From NCBI GenBank assembly GCA_018266795.1, contig JAFDZV010000036.1, positions 26,971-90,970 of the forward strand: a DNA stretch of 64,000 nt. Reading direction: 5' to 3'. The notes beneath the pieces were generated by a model. That model was not told the DNA's origin. It was given only the letters and a program-made list of their open reading frames with translations, and searched no databases. The translations under genes were made by a program, and so were the position numbers. Below, piece after piece: positions 28,808-38,205 of this stretch. Origin of the DNA: Bacteroidota bacterium (GTDB taxonomy: Bacteria > Bacteroidota > Ignavibacteria > OLB7). Numbering within the stretch: position 1 is the first letter of the stretch; each line of letters opens with the position of its first letter.

Positions 28808-31800
28808 CTACAGAACAATGCCCGGCGTCCGGAAGATGGCCTCCCACTCGCGTGCACGGTTGTACCAGGTCTGTTCAACGGCCCATGCGCGCGCCCGAGC
28901 GCGCATCGCCTCTTTCGCCTCGGGATCGCGCAGCAGCACCAGCAGGCGGCGTACCGCCTCGGCGACAAACTCCGCCGACCGCGCGTCGCCCCCCAGCAGT
29001 ATTCCGCGATCGGCGATGGTGCTCGATAGCCCGGCCAGATCCGTGCAGACGCAGAGCGTGCCAGCCATCTGCGCCTCCAGCGCCGTGATGCAGTAGGTTT
29101 CGGTGAAGCTGGTGGGGTAGAACCACACGTCGCTCCGGAGGTACTCCTCGGCCAGTTGCTCCTGTCCGACGCGTCCATGATAGAACACGCCGGGCTGGCT
29201 CATGCGCCTGTGGATCAGGTCGCGCAGTGCGCGCGCGCCTGCATCCTGCGACATCTCGATCGCCTTGTCCCAGTTGTCGAAGCCGTAGAACACGTGGAGC
29301 TCGGCATCGGGCAGCAGCTCGCGGATCAGCGGGAAGATGCCCAGCAGCGTATCGAGTCCGCGATCGGGACTGGAGGAATAGATGAAGCGATTGGTGCGAC
29401 GTTCCACATGCCGTTCGAAACGCTCCGGATCGATGCCGTTGCCGGTGAGAATCAACTTGTCCGCCGGCACGCCGTGGATCGAGCAGAAGTTCCGGATGTG
29501 CCATGGGCTGAGGCAGAAGATGCCATCCAGCCGCTCGTAGAAGAACGGGACCAGATCGCGCTCCCCCAGCTCGGTTCCCATGGCATAGATATCGTGCACC
29601 CAGAGGTAGAGCTTCTTCACGCGCAGCGGGTTCTGCAGCACGAACATGTATCGTGATACGATCATTACGTCGATCACGTGCGCATCGATGAAGCGTTCGA
29701 ATCGGGCGTAGTCCAGATATTCCACGCTGTTGTACCGGCCCTCCATTCCATCGCAGCTGCTGAACACCACCACGCGATAGCCCAGCCGGGCGAGTTCCTC
29801 AGCCATGCGCGCTGCTGCCGTCTCCGATCCGCCGATGCCCGCGGAGCCGATCGTTGCCGACGTCCAGGGTTCATACGACGATCCGGTATGGATAACCAGC
29901 AACGGGCGATCGTGCTTCAGCGCCGCCCGCTCCATATTGGAGCGATCCTCCGCACGGAAGGCTTCCGGCATCTCCAGCTCGCGCGCCGCGCGGCTGGTGC
30001 CGCCGAAGTGGAACACGAAGCTGCGTTCGGTGACCGCACACTCGAAGCCCATCTTCCGTGCGCGAAGGCAGTAGTCCAGATCCTCCGATCCGTTCACGAA
30101 CTCCTCATCCAGCAGGCCGGTCATGCGGACCACGTCGCGCCGCACCAGCGTGCAGTAGAACGCCACCCAGTCCCGGCGGTACACGCGGTCGCGCTCCATG
30201 TGGGCCGTGTAGATCCGTTCGGGAGCGATGCCGGGTTCATCCACCCAGCGCAGCTGAAGCGTCCCCTCGAACAGCCTGTTCATGCCGGGGAGCAGTTCCA
30301 TGCCGTCAACCTCCATATGGTAATCGTGCAGCCATCCCTTGTCGCAGTTCGAGAGCGGGTTCACGATCCCCACATTCCCCTCGGCCTCCGCTATCATCGC
30401 CTCCAGCCAGCCGTGCGACACGATCACGTCGTCGTTGAGAATCACGATGAAGGGTGAGGAGCCTGCCCGGATTCCGACGTTCACCGCCTCCGAGAAGTTG
30501 AGCCGCCGTTCGGATTCGATCACCAGCACGGACTCCGGCAGACCCGCCGTCTGCCGCGGGCCGCCGCTGTTCACCACGATGATGCGATGCGGATGCTCCG
30601 TGCAGGCGATGATGCTCCGCACGCACGCCTGCAGATACTCCGGGTTGGCGCAGGTTGGGATCACGATATCGGCGGAGGTGTCCGGCACCGGCTTGTGTGC
30701 CTGCACTTCCACCGACGGGGTTGAGTAGCCGTCGTAATTGCCGCTTGCATCCACGACGAACCCGATCTGCTCCATCTCGCGCACCAGCTCTTCGCGCGTG
30801 AAGCCGGTGTGATGAATCTGCCCCTCCATCGGCTCGTCTCCGAGCGAACGCTGGATTCCATAGATCGTGTATCGATACCAGTCCCGCTCCTCCTGCGTTG
30901 CGGCTGCGAGAAAGGCACGGCAGCAATCGCCCAGATCCGGGAGCTTCAAGAGAACGGTCCCGCCGGGCTTCAACACGCGATACCATTCGCGCAGCGCCGT
31001 GCGCGCGCTTTCGTGGTAGAGATGCTCCAGCGCGTGCTCGCTGTGGATGGCGTCCACCGTTTCGTCGTCGTACGGAATATCATCCAGCGAGAACGTCTCG
31101 TCCACCTCGCGGCCCGGATACTTGTCGCAGTTGCGGTAGTCCAGGTAGCGCTTGTTACCGCTTCCGAGATTCAGCTTCACGATTCCGGTGGGCTGGGTCC
31201 GCTGCCCGGTGCGCTGCCGTTCGAGCACGGCAGCGAAGTAGTCGCGGTTGGCGAGCAGGTTCCTGTCGTTCGGCATCATGGCCAGCGCGTGCTCGTTGTA
31301 CTCGTTTGCCGTTATGTGATCGCCCAGCCGGTCGTGGCTGATGCAGATCTGTACCAGCGGCCCCACGCCGTAGGTGTACGAATCGAGCGGGCTCAGAACG
31401 TCGGGCGCCGGACGAAGGCAGAGCTCGTACCAGAAGATCGCCTCCTCGTAATCCTCCTCGTCGAATGCGATCGATCCCAGAATGAAGTGCGGCTCCGCCC
31501 AGCGGCTGTCCATGGCCCGCGCCAGCTTCGCCTCGGCACGAGCCTGCGAGCGGTACTCCGTTGCCCGCAGCGGATCCTTTCGCGAGAGATTGTAGTATCC
31601 CTTGGCGATTCGCTGCTGCGCGCCGATCCTGTCCTCGATCCATCCGTCCGGCATCGCCAGGAATCGCCTGAACTCCGCGATCGCCGGCTCCTCTCGTCCG
31701 GCGTCCAGATACTCCTTGCCGAGATAGTAGCAGATGCGCGCGTCGTTGCGATAGCGGTCACCGGCAACGGCCTTCTCGAGGATGCGGAGGTTCCGATTCT

Positions 31801-32323
31801 CGTCCGCGGCGGCGCCTGCATGCGTGCGCCTGTGCGTGATGGTGATATCCACGCGCTCCGATGTATTGGCCGTGCTCGTGATCATGCATTCGTGTATCGG
31901 ATACTGCCACCGGATGTCGGCTTCGCGCCGCACGATCCGCTCCCGATAGAGTGTGCAGAGCGTATTGCCGGAGGCATCCTGCGAGTAGTCGTACAGGAGC
32001 ATGTAGACATCCTTGTGGAGCCTCTCCTTCAATTCGAGCAGCCGCTCCAGATCCGATGGGAGAATCACGTCGTCTGCGTCCAGCCAGATGATGTAGGGGG
32101 AGGTTGCCTTGCTGAACGAATAGTTGCGTGCGGCTCCGAAGTCATCGATCCAGTCGAAATGTTCGATCACCGCGCCGAACCCGCGCGCGATTGCAATGGT
32201 GTTGTCCGTGGAACCCGTATCGACGATGATGATCTCGTCAACCAGAGGCCTGACCGAGGAGAGGCAGCGCGCAAGCACCTCCTCCTCGTTCTTCACGATC
32301 ATGCACAAGCTGATGGCTGGCAT
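28808..32323 (-). CDS. Multidomain glycosyltransferase/methyltransferase fusion (GT2 - TPR-like - class I SAM MTase - GT2 - GT4), 1,171 aa
   Basis: N-terminal GT2: ISLCMIVKNEEEVLARCL...IIIVDTGSTDNT...WLDADD. Helical TPR-like middle region (YYLGKEYLDAG...). MTase: LNLGSGNKRYLDYRNCD...LKPGGTVLLKLPD. Second GT2: DIVIPTCANPEYLQACVRSI...ILNDDVIV. C-terminal GT4: GIGGSETAAARMAEELARLGY...ETYCITALEAQMAG. ATG at 32323 (MPAISLCMIV). Confidence 0.8.
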   Translation of the reverse strand: MPAISLCMIVKNEEEVLARCLSSVRPLVDEIIIVDTGSTDNTIAIARGFGAVIEHFDWIDDFGAARNYSFSKATSPYIIWLDADDVILPSDLERLLELKERLHKDVYMLLYDYSQDASGNTLCTLYRERIVRREADIRWQYPIHECMITSTANTSERVDITITHRRTHAGAAADENRNLRILEKAVAGDRYRNDARICYYLGKEYLDAGREEPAIAEFRRFLAMPDGWIEDRIGAQQRIAKGYYNLSRKDPLRATEYRSQARAEAKLARAMDSRWAEPHFILGSIAFDEEDYEEAIFWYELCLRPAPDVLSPLDSYTYGVGPLVQICISHDRLGDHITANEYNEHALAMMPNDRNLLANRDYFAAVLERQRTGQRTQPTGIVKLNLGSGNKRYLDYRNCDKYPGREVDETFSLDDIPYDDETVDAIHSEHALEHLYHESARTALREWYRVLKPGGTVLLKLPDLGDCCRAFLAAATQEERDWYRYTIYGIQRSLGDEPMEGQIHHTGFTREELVREMEQIGFVVDASGNYDGYSTPSVEVQAHKPVPDTSADIVIPTCANPEYLQACVRSIIACTEHPHRIIVVNSGGPRQTAGLPESVLVIESERRLNFSEAVNVGIRAGSSPFIVILNDDVIVSHGWLEAMIAEAEGNVGIVNPLSNCDKGWLHDYHMEVDGMELLPGMNRLFEGTLQLRWVDEPGIAPERIYTAHMERDRVYRRDWVAFYCTLVRRDVVRMTGLLDEEFVNGSEDLDYCLRARKMGFECAVTERSFVFHFGGTSRAARELEMPEAFRAEDRSNMERAALKHDRPLLVIHTGSSYEPWTSATIGSAGIGGSETAAARMAEELARLGYRVVVFSSCDGMEGRYNSVEYLDYARFERFIDAHVIDVMIVSRYMFVLQNPLRVKKLYLWVHDIYAMGTELGERDLVPFFYERLDGIFCLSPWHIRNFCSIHGVPADKLILTGNGIDPERFERHVERRTNRFIYSSSPDRGLDTLLGIFPLIRELLPDAELHVFYGFDNWDKAIEMSQDAGARALRDLIHRRMSQPGVFYHGRVGQEQLAEEYLRSDVWFYPTSFTETYCITALEAQMAGTLCVCTDLAGLSSTIADRGILLGGDARSAEFVAEAVRRLLVLLRDPEAKEAMRARARAWAVEQTWYNRAREWEAIFRTPGIVL

Positions 32324-33025
32324 CGTTCTGTTGTGGTCTTGTGGTGGTTGGATATCGTATCCGCGCGATGCTTCCCGTGGGCCTGGGGGGCAGGCGTGCA
32401 TATGGTGATGCCGCGAAGGCTCGAACATCGGATGGCGGCACGGCCTTGCGGCTGCGCAGACACTCCGTTGTTGCCAGAAGCCGGTAATCGGAGCAGCCGA
32501 TGCCGAGTTCGTGCTTGTCGTAACGGAAAAAGCGAGCGTCGGTGGTTTCAGGCTTCGCGCCGCATCAGTGCGGCGCTTGAAGCAACGGCAAACATACGAT
32601 GCAGGCGCGAGTTATGCCAGAGGAGTGTCGGTGGTTGGTCGTCAGCTGATCGGTGTTCCCGGTGGCGGGATCGCTTGGGCCCCGTCTTGCCGGGGGATTG
32701 ATCTGGAAGGGACGTGAGCCCGGGGCGACAGGCACCTCCAACGTTCAGTGATCGATCAGATCCCGACAACGCCGCGCAGTTCCATTCACGTGTGGTGCAG
32801 CCGACACCGTACCATGGCTACGTAACCTCGCGCTGCCAACGGCTCGCCCCAAGCACAAAGCCCCAAGTCCCAAGCTCCAAGTCCCAGTTTGCACGAGATG
32901 GTTAACTTGAAACGTCATTGGCAGGTGCGCGGCGTCAGCACGTAGCCCGCATCCATGCCTTCGGCAACAGCGCGGACAATCCGCCTGCAATCCCTCCGGC
33001 AGCAACTCTTCCAGCTTCCATCCGC

Positions 33026-34465
33026 ATGACAATCGAACGCTTCTATCTCGCCTGCCTGTCGCACGCATCCTACATCGTCTCCTCCGGCTCCGAGGCCGCC
33101 GTGATCGATCCTCAGCGCGATGTGACCATCTATCTGGATTACCTGCAGGTGCATGGTCTGACCCTGAAGTATGTGGTGGAGACGCATCTGCATGCGGACT
33201 TTGTTTCGGGACATCTGGAGCTGGCGCACCTGACGGGCGCGGAGGTGGTGATGGGCTCGCGCGCGGGGGCCACCTTCACACATCTCGCCGTTCACGATGG
33301 CGACATCCTGCCGCTCGGCACCGCCAGCCTGAGCATGCTCGAGACGCCCGGACATACTCCGGAGGGAATCACCATCGCTGCAACGGACGCTGCCACGCCG
33401 GATGAGCCGATCGCGCTCTTCACCGGCGACACGCTGTTTGCCGGCGACGTTGGACGGCCGGATCTCCTGGGCGGCTTCGGTGTCACGAAGGAGGAGCTTG
33501 GCGGAATGCTCTATGATTCGCTGCACGAGAAGATCCTCACGATGCCGGATGAGACGCGCGTCTATCCTGCGCATGGCGCAGGCTCCAGCTGCGGCAAGGC
33601 GTTGCGCGACGTGGAGTTCACCACGCTCGGCGCCGAGAGGCTTACCAATTACGCGCTGCAGCCGATGAGCCGTGATGAGTTCATCCGCGCCGTCACCGAG
33701 GGGCAGCCGGAGGCGCCGGCATACTTCGCCAGCGATGCGATGATCAACCGCGCCGGCGCGCCGGCGCTGGGGAACGTGATGGACCGCGTGCGGCCGCTCG
33801 ATCCGGCGGAGTTCCGTTCGGAGATGGGGTGGGGGGCCGTGCTGCTGGATACGCGCGGCACCGATGATTTCGCCGCGGGGCATATTCCGGGCGCATACAA
33901 CATCGGGTTGGACGGGCAGTTCGCCACGTGGGTCGGGACTCTTCTTCCGATCCATGAGCCGCTGGTCATCGTTGCCGATCATGGCCGCGAGGCGGAGTCC
34001 GTGATGCGCTGCGCCCGCGTGGGCTACGACAACATCGTCGGCTTTCTGGCCGGCGGAATGGAAGCCTGGAGCGCGTCCGGTGGTGAGGTGCAGACGTTCG
34101 ACCGGATACGTCCGGCTGACCTCGCCGCTGAGATGGCATCGAACCATCCGCCGATCGTGATAGATGTTCGCCGCGAGGCCGAACGCGAGGCCAAGCACAT
34201 TCCCGGAACCACATTCGTCACGCTGAGCCAGCTCGAGAACTTCGTTACTTCGATCGTTGCGGATGGCCGTCCGGTAGTTGTGCATTGCGCGGCCGGATAT
34301 CGTTCGGCGATGGCTGTCTCCATACTCCAGCACGGCGGCGTGGCCAGCGTTCGCGATCTCGCCGGCGGCCTTGCCGCATGGGAGAGTGCGGGGCAGCCTG
34401 TTGATTACCACCAACCACAGTCTCTTCTCGATTCCTCCGAAGTAGCCCTGGAACCTGCGGGCTGA
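33026..34465 (+). CDS. MBL-fold persulfide dioxygenase-like domain fused to two rhodanese domains (479 aa)
   Basis: MTIERFYLACLSHASYIV... has the metal motif ETHLHADFVSG plus TPGHTPEG and AHGAGSSCG. The C-terminal half has two rhodanese-like repeats. The second carries the active-site loop VVHCAAGYRSA; the first lacks the Cys. Confidence 0.8.
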   Translation: MTIERFYLACLSHASYIVSSGSEAAVIDPQRDVTIYLDYLQVHGLTLKYVVETHLHADFVSGHLELAHLTGAEVVMGSRAGATFTHLAVHDGDILPLGTASLSMLETPGHTPEGITIAATDAATPDEPIALFTGDTLFAGDVGRPDLLGGFGVTKEELGGMLYDSLHEKILTMPDETRVYPAHGAGSSCGKALRDVEFTTLGAERLTNYALQPMSRDEFIRAVTEGQPEAPAYFASDAMINRAGAPALGNVMDRVRPLDPAEFRSEMGWGAVLLDTRGTDDFAAGHIPGAYNIGLDGQFATWVGTLLPIHEPLVIVADHGREAESVMRCARVGYDNIVGFLAGGMEAWSASGGEVQTFDRIRPADLAAEMASNHPPIVIDVRREAEREAKHIPGTTFVTLSQLENFVTSIVADGRPVVVHCAAGYRSAMAVSILQHGGVASVRDLAGGLAAWESAGQPVDYHQPQSLLDSSEVALEPAG

Positions 34466-34481
34466 GTTTCTCGAAAATCGG

Positions 34482-34520
34482 TTTCCCGTATTGAAATCCG
34501 GGAAATGTTATCGTTATTTT
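34482..34520 (+). terminator. Possible terminator hairpin after the dioxygenase-rhodanese gene
   Basis: A 7-bp stem TTTCCCG / CGGGAAA (34482-34488 and 34499-34505) is followed by the T-rich TGTTATCGTTATTTTA, 17 nt after the stop. The stem is weak. Confidence 0.35.
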
Positions 34521-34963
34521 ACTTCCATGAAGTTCAGTGATCATGGAAGTACATGCACTGCACACGCTTCTCTTCTCGGCGGTTGCGATCTGCCATCGCA
34601 AGCGTCCGGGATTGTTATCACCCCTCCCTCACGATACCCACAGTCTGTCGCCAAGAGAACAGGACCCTCCGGGACAACCACTTGACCATACGGTACGGCA
34701 TGCCGGTGATGGGCGAAATCTCCGTGTGCCGCAACTCGTGTTGCGATACTTCGTGCGTTGGGCGACCCCGCGAAGAGTGGTTGTCGGGCCTTTGGATAAG
34801 CGGAACTCATCAGAGTGTTCCCGGCAGCGCCGGCTCGATGCCGGCGCCGGATCGGGAGCCGGGTTCCGCACACTACTTATAGGAGATCAGTATGGGCATC
34901 TCAACAACCACATGCGGTTCGGCATGGATGGGAAGCACCCTCCATGCCCGCACTCGAGCAAGG

Positions 34964-37900
34964 ATGGGCGCCAGGGGGTGGCTCCCGATTCTGCTCCTCT
35001 TCTGTTTCTGTGCGACCGGGCTCGTTGCCCAGGAGGAGCAGAAGATCGTTGGCACAGTAACCGATGCAACGTCCCACAATCCGATCGCCGGCGCCACCGT
35101 GATTCTCACGGGAACCAACTTCGGAGGCGTGGCCGATCGCAGCGGTAAATTCACCATCAACCGTGTCCCTGTCGGTTCCTATACCGTGGAAGCCCGGGCC
35201 GTTGGATTCACCCGCGTCTCCAAGAAGACGAGTGTGGCGGCCGGACAGACCGCCACCGTCAACTTCGAGCTCACGTCGGCACCGCTGCAGCAGAACGAGA
35301 TCGTGGTAATGGGCCTCAGCGGCGAGACCGATCGCAAGAAGCTCGGCAACGTGATCGGATCGGTTGAAGGAACCGAAGTGGCACACGCGGTGACGCCGAA
35401 CGCGATCGACGCGATCTCCGGCCGCGTGACGGGCGTACAGGTGACGCGAACGAACGGTGTTCCCGGCGCAGGCACCTATATCACCATTCGGGGACGCAAG
35501 ACCATCTCCGGCGGCTCCGAGCCTCTGTACGTCGTGGACGGCACAATCATCGACAACTCGTCCGTAAAGGGATCGGACTTCCAGGGGGGAAATGTTCAGA
35601 TGGCGAATCGTGCCGTGGACATCAATCCCTCGGACATCGAGTCCATCGAAATTCTCAAGGGCGCGTCAGCAGCGGCGATCTACGGGTCGCGCGCCGCAAA
35701 CGGCGTGGTGATCATTACCACCAAGCGCGGCCGCGCTCGCGGCGACAAGCTCGCAACCGTTACGCTCAGCAGTTCCGTGCAGACCGACGACAAGGTCGGC
35801 TCCATTCCATTGCAGACCATCTACGGCCAGACGACGCCGTACAAGCCGGGATCGAACGGCGACAATGGAACGCCGGGCAGCTCCAGCTCGTGGGGTGCGA
35901 AGCTGGACCCCTCGGTGCCCACCTATCAGCACGACCAGGACGTGTTCCGCACCGGCGTCTCCGCGGAGAACACCCTGACGGTATCCGGCGCCGCCGGGCC
36001 GATCAACTACCTGGCCACCGGCACATGGACGGACATGCAGGGCTTCGTAGTCGGTTCCTCGCTCGATCGCCGCAGCGTGCGCTTCAACCTCGGTGCGGAG
36101 ATCATGCCGAAGGTCTATATCCAGAGCAACAGCAACTACATCTCGATTGCGAACGATCTGCCGCAGAACGGAAGCAACACCTCCGGCATTCTGCTCGGCT
36201 CGCTCAGAACCCCGCCGGAGTTCGACAACAAGAACTATCTGGAGCCCGATGGCGTAACACAGCGCCGCTTCGGCTTCTACGACAATCCGATCTGGACCGA
36301 AAACAACAACACCTTCACTACGGACATCAACCGCTTCATTCACAGCTCCTCCGTGGACTGGAGTCCGCTGGAGTGGCTGAGCGTGAACGGCCGCGTGGGC
36401 CTGGATCGCTACGATCACTTCAACGTGAAGCGCCTTGCGGTGCAGAGCGCCGGCTCGGCGAACCGCGACGGAGAGGTGGATCAGTTCCGTGCAACCTTGA
36501 GCACGGTGAATGCGGATCTGAGCATCAATGCCAACAAGCAGCTGACGGACAACTTCGGGTTGAATGTGACGCTGGGGAGCCAGACCATCTGGGAGAACTC
36601 CACGGAGACGGACGGCAGCTCGAGCTCGACCCTGCCGTTCTTCGACGAGATTCAGGCGGGCTCCGCCCGCGATGCATCGTCGTCCGAATCGCACGCGAAG
36701 ACGATCGGCCTGTTCGCGCAGGTAACCGGAACGCTCAACAACCGGCTGAGCCTTACGCTCGCGATGCGTCGTGACGGCAGCTCCACCTTCGGCGTCTCGG
36801 AGAAGTATCACTACTATCCGAAGGTGAGCGCGGCCTACACGATTTCCGACGAGCCGTTCATGGAGAGCTCCAAGGATCTGCTCAGCAACCTTCGCCTGCG
36901 CGGCTCCTACGGCGAGGCCGGTTCGCCCACGCTTCCGGGCCCGTACGCCACCAACTTTCTCTACGGCACGTACGGGTTCCCCGATCCGTGGGACCGTCCC
37001 ACGTCTGCCGGCCGCGACGGGTTCATCGGCATCCGCCAGAGTTCCAGCACGCCGCAGGAATACGTGGTTGCGGGCAACGACAATATCTCGCCGGAGCTGA
37101 GCAAGGAGGTGGAGGCAGGGCTCGATCTGGGACTGTTCGATAACCGGATCGGTCTGGAGTTCACCTACTACAAGCAGAACATTCAGGATCTGATCCTCTA
37201 CGTCCCGGTGCCCGGTTCCTCCGGCTACGACCAGCAGCTGCGCAATGCCGGCAAGATGGAGAACTCCGGCATAGAGCTCGGCCTCACCTTCGAGCCGTTG
37301 AACACGGCGGACGTTACGTGGCACTCCACCGTCAACTACAGCACGTACAAGAACACCGTAACGGAACTGGCCATCAAGCCGGCAGGAGCGCCTGTTACCG
37401 GCACCGAGTTCATTCAGCTCGAAGGTGGCTTCACGGGCGTTACCAACGTTGCGATGGTCGGCCAGCCGCTGGGCGTGATGCGCGGTGTGGGCTGGCTTCG
37501 CGACATCAACGGCAACCGCGTCTATTCCGGCGACACCTACACCGACAAGAGCGGCAAGCAGCAGGTTGCGGAGGATTATTTCGGCAACGCCTTCAAGGGG
37601 GCGCCGGTGATCGATCCCGAGCTTCAGATCATCGGCGATCCGAATCCGAGCTACACGTTCTCCTGGAACAACGAGTTCACCCTCTTCAAGGACTTCAGCA
37701 TCGGCTTCCTGATCGATGCCTCGATCGGGCAGAAGGTGTGGAACGGAACGCGCGGTGCGCTCTACAACTTCGGCACGCACGGCGACACGAAGGATCGCGA
37801 CGATCCATGGTTCAACGACCGGGGCGAGCCGGTGATGGACTACAGCGACACTGCCGGCGGCAAGGCGCCTGTGCAGGCGACGCGCGAATCGTACTACCGG

Positions 37901-38188
37901 CTGTACGCCAACACCTTCGTTGGTGGTGCCGACGAGGCGCACATGGAGGATGCCTCCTACGTAAAGCTCCGCGAGGTGCATGTCGAGTATCGATGGGGCG
38001 GCCTGCAGGATTGGGGAATCGAGACGGTGACGTTCGGCGTCTCCGCCCGCAACCTTCACACCTGGACCAACTACTCCGGCTACGATCCGGAAGTGAACAA
38101 CTTCCAGCAGGCGGAGGGACGCGGCTTCGACTATTTCACGCTGCCGCAGACCCGTTCAATCCGATTCTCACTCTCGATCACCTATTAA
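34964..38188 (+). CDS. SusC/RagA-family TonB-dependent outer-membrane receptor
   Basis: Signal peptide MGARGWLPILLLFCFCATGLVAQ. Carboxypeptidase-regulatory-like domain GTVTDATSHNPIAGATVILTGTNFGGVADRSGKFTINRVPVGSYTVEA. Plug region (IEILKGASAAAIYGSRAANGVVIITTK). Terminal beta-strand RSIRFSLSITY. An alternative earlier ATG is at 34892. Confidence 0.9.
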   Translation: MGARGWLPILLLFCFCATGLVAQEEQKIVGTVTDATSHNPIAGATVILTGTNFGGVADRSGKFTINRVPVGSYTVEARAVGFTRVSKKTSVAAGQTATVNFELTSAPLQQNEIVVMGLSGETDRKKLGNVIGSVEGTEVAHAVTPNAIDAISGRVTGVQVTRTNGVPGAGTYITIRGRKTISGGSEPLYVVDGTIIDNSSVKGSDFQGGNVQMANRAVDINPSDIESIEILKGASAAAIYGSRAANGVVIITTKRGRARGDKLATVTLSSSVQTDDKVGSIPLQTIYGQTTPYKPGSNGDNGTPGSSSSWGAKLDPSVPTYQHDQDVFRTGVSAENTLTVSGAAGPINYLATGTWTDMQGFVVGSSLDRRSVRFNLGAEIMPKVYIQSNSNYISIANDLPQNGSNTSGILLGSLRTPPEFDNKNYLEPDGVTQRRFGFYDNPIWTENNNTFTTDINRFIHSSSVDWSPLEWLSVNGRVGLDRYDHFNVKRLAVQSAGSANRDGEVDQFRATLSTVNADLSINANKQLTDNFGLNVTLGSQTIWENSTETDGSSSSTLPFFDEIQAGSARDASSSESHAKTIGLFAQVTGTLNNRLSLTLAMRRDGSSTFGVSEKYHYYPKVSAAYTISDEPFMESSKDLLSNLRLRGSYGEAGSPTLPGPYATNFLYGTYGFPDPWDRPTSAGRDGFIGIRQSSSTPQEYVVAGNDNISPELSKEVEAGLDLGLFDNRIGLEFTYYKQNIQDLILYVPVPGSSGYDQQLRNAGKMENSGIELGLTFEPLNTADVTWHSTVNYSTYKNTVTELAIKPAGAPVTGTEFIQLEGGFTGVTNVAMVGQPLGVMRGVGWLRDINGNRVYSGDTYTDKSGKQQVAEDYFGNAFKGAPVIDPELQIIGDPNPSYTFSWNNEFTLFKDFSIGFLIDASIGQKVWNGTRGALYNFGTHGDTKDRDDPWFNDRGEPVMDYSDTAGGKAPVQATRESYYRLYANTFVGGADEAHMEDASYVKLREVHVEYRWGGLQDWGIETVTFGVSARNLHTWTNYSGYDPEVNNFQQAEGRGFDYFTLPQTRSIRFSLSITY

Positions 38189-38205
38189 TCCGGGGGCGTA
38201 CGATA

